DNA of 64,000 nucleotides from Acanthaster planci (Eukaryota): NCBI RefSeq assembly GCF_001949145.1, contig NW_019091355.1, positions 3,888,646 to 3,952,645 of the forward strand, read 5' to 3'. Shown piece by piece: positions 63,323 to 64,000 of this stretch (position 1 is its first letter; each line of letters starts with the position of its first letter). The notes under the pieces were generated by a model. It saw only the letters and a program-made list of their open reading frames with translations, ran no database searches and was not told where the DNA came from. The position numbers and the translations under genes were made by a program.

Positions 63323-64000
63323 CTGGAAGACAAAAAAAGACATAAAAATGGCTAAAGACTCTCAAATGAATACAGAGCTTTTTATGTGATGTGAAATGAC
63401 CGGCAAAGGCATTTCAGAATGCCGACCAAGTCCTTGGAGGCACATGCATTTTCAAATCTGTGTATTTCTATCGGCAATTTTAACTACATGTATGTCAGAG
63501 TGTTGAGACAGTTTGAAGGCGAATATATTTGTTCACAAATCTGTGTAAATTAAATGCTGTCCGTCAAAAATCACACAACTGAAAATCCTCTGTACCAGTG
63601 ATGTATTGAAGATTCCGTTCCAAGCGTTTTTCCCTAATAAGGCCTGTGAGAGGATTTTTATTCGGCAATGTATATTATGGGACTTTCCATTCCTCCAAAA
63701 AAAATGAAACTTATTTGACATCCCTTTTGGGTATTATCTTGTTGGAAATTGCACTTTTATACATAGAGAATTGCCATAGTTTGCCTAACAAATCAGTCAC
63801 CGCTGCTGTGATGTCATTTCAGGAAGCAGCCGTCCATTGTACAGGTTTTCTGTTCAAATTGTGAACCCCTGGTTTGCTTTTATGTTGAAAATGATTTGGA
63901 GAAGACTTTGCTCGGTGGCCGAATGTCATCAACCAAATTATGAACAGAGCAGAAATTTGTACATATTTTTGTGCAAGAGTTCAATTCAGTTCACTTGTTC

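Overview
Repeat-rich eukaryotic (animal, probably marine invertebrate; taxon is inference only) genomic DNA. The supplied single-exon ORF track is almost entirely uninformative because the real genes are spliced. Manual reading shows a tandem cluster of three 5-exon genes on the + strand (4566-7348, 34968-38050, 50182-55488). Each encodes a small secreted prepro-protein of ~157-168 aa: signal peptide, pro-region, one saposin-B-like (SAPLIP) six-cysteine domain and a variable C-terminal tail. Two 5'-only pseudogene remnants of the same unit lie at ~16031 and ~43178. Between genes 1 and 2 the saposin-coding exons differ more than the adjacent introns and most exon changes are amino-acid replacements, a pattern typical of toxin, immune or recognition effectors. 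Between genes 1 and 2 lies a decayed Maverick/Polinton (adintovirus-like) element on the - strand with integrase, penton, hexon, adenain protease and a PC4-like ssDNA-binding gene. The window also has Gypsy, LINE and possible Academ remnants, tRNA-derived SINEs and several MITE families, one with clean 8-bp TSDs. It ends with what looks like the terminal coding exon of a convergent - strand gene ending in a PDZ-binding motif (-TTV*).
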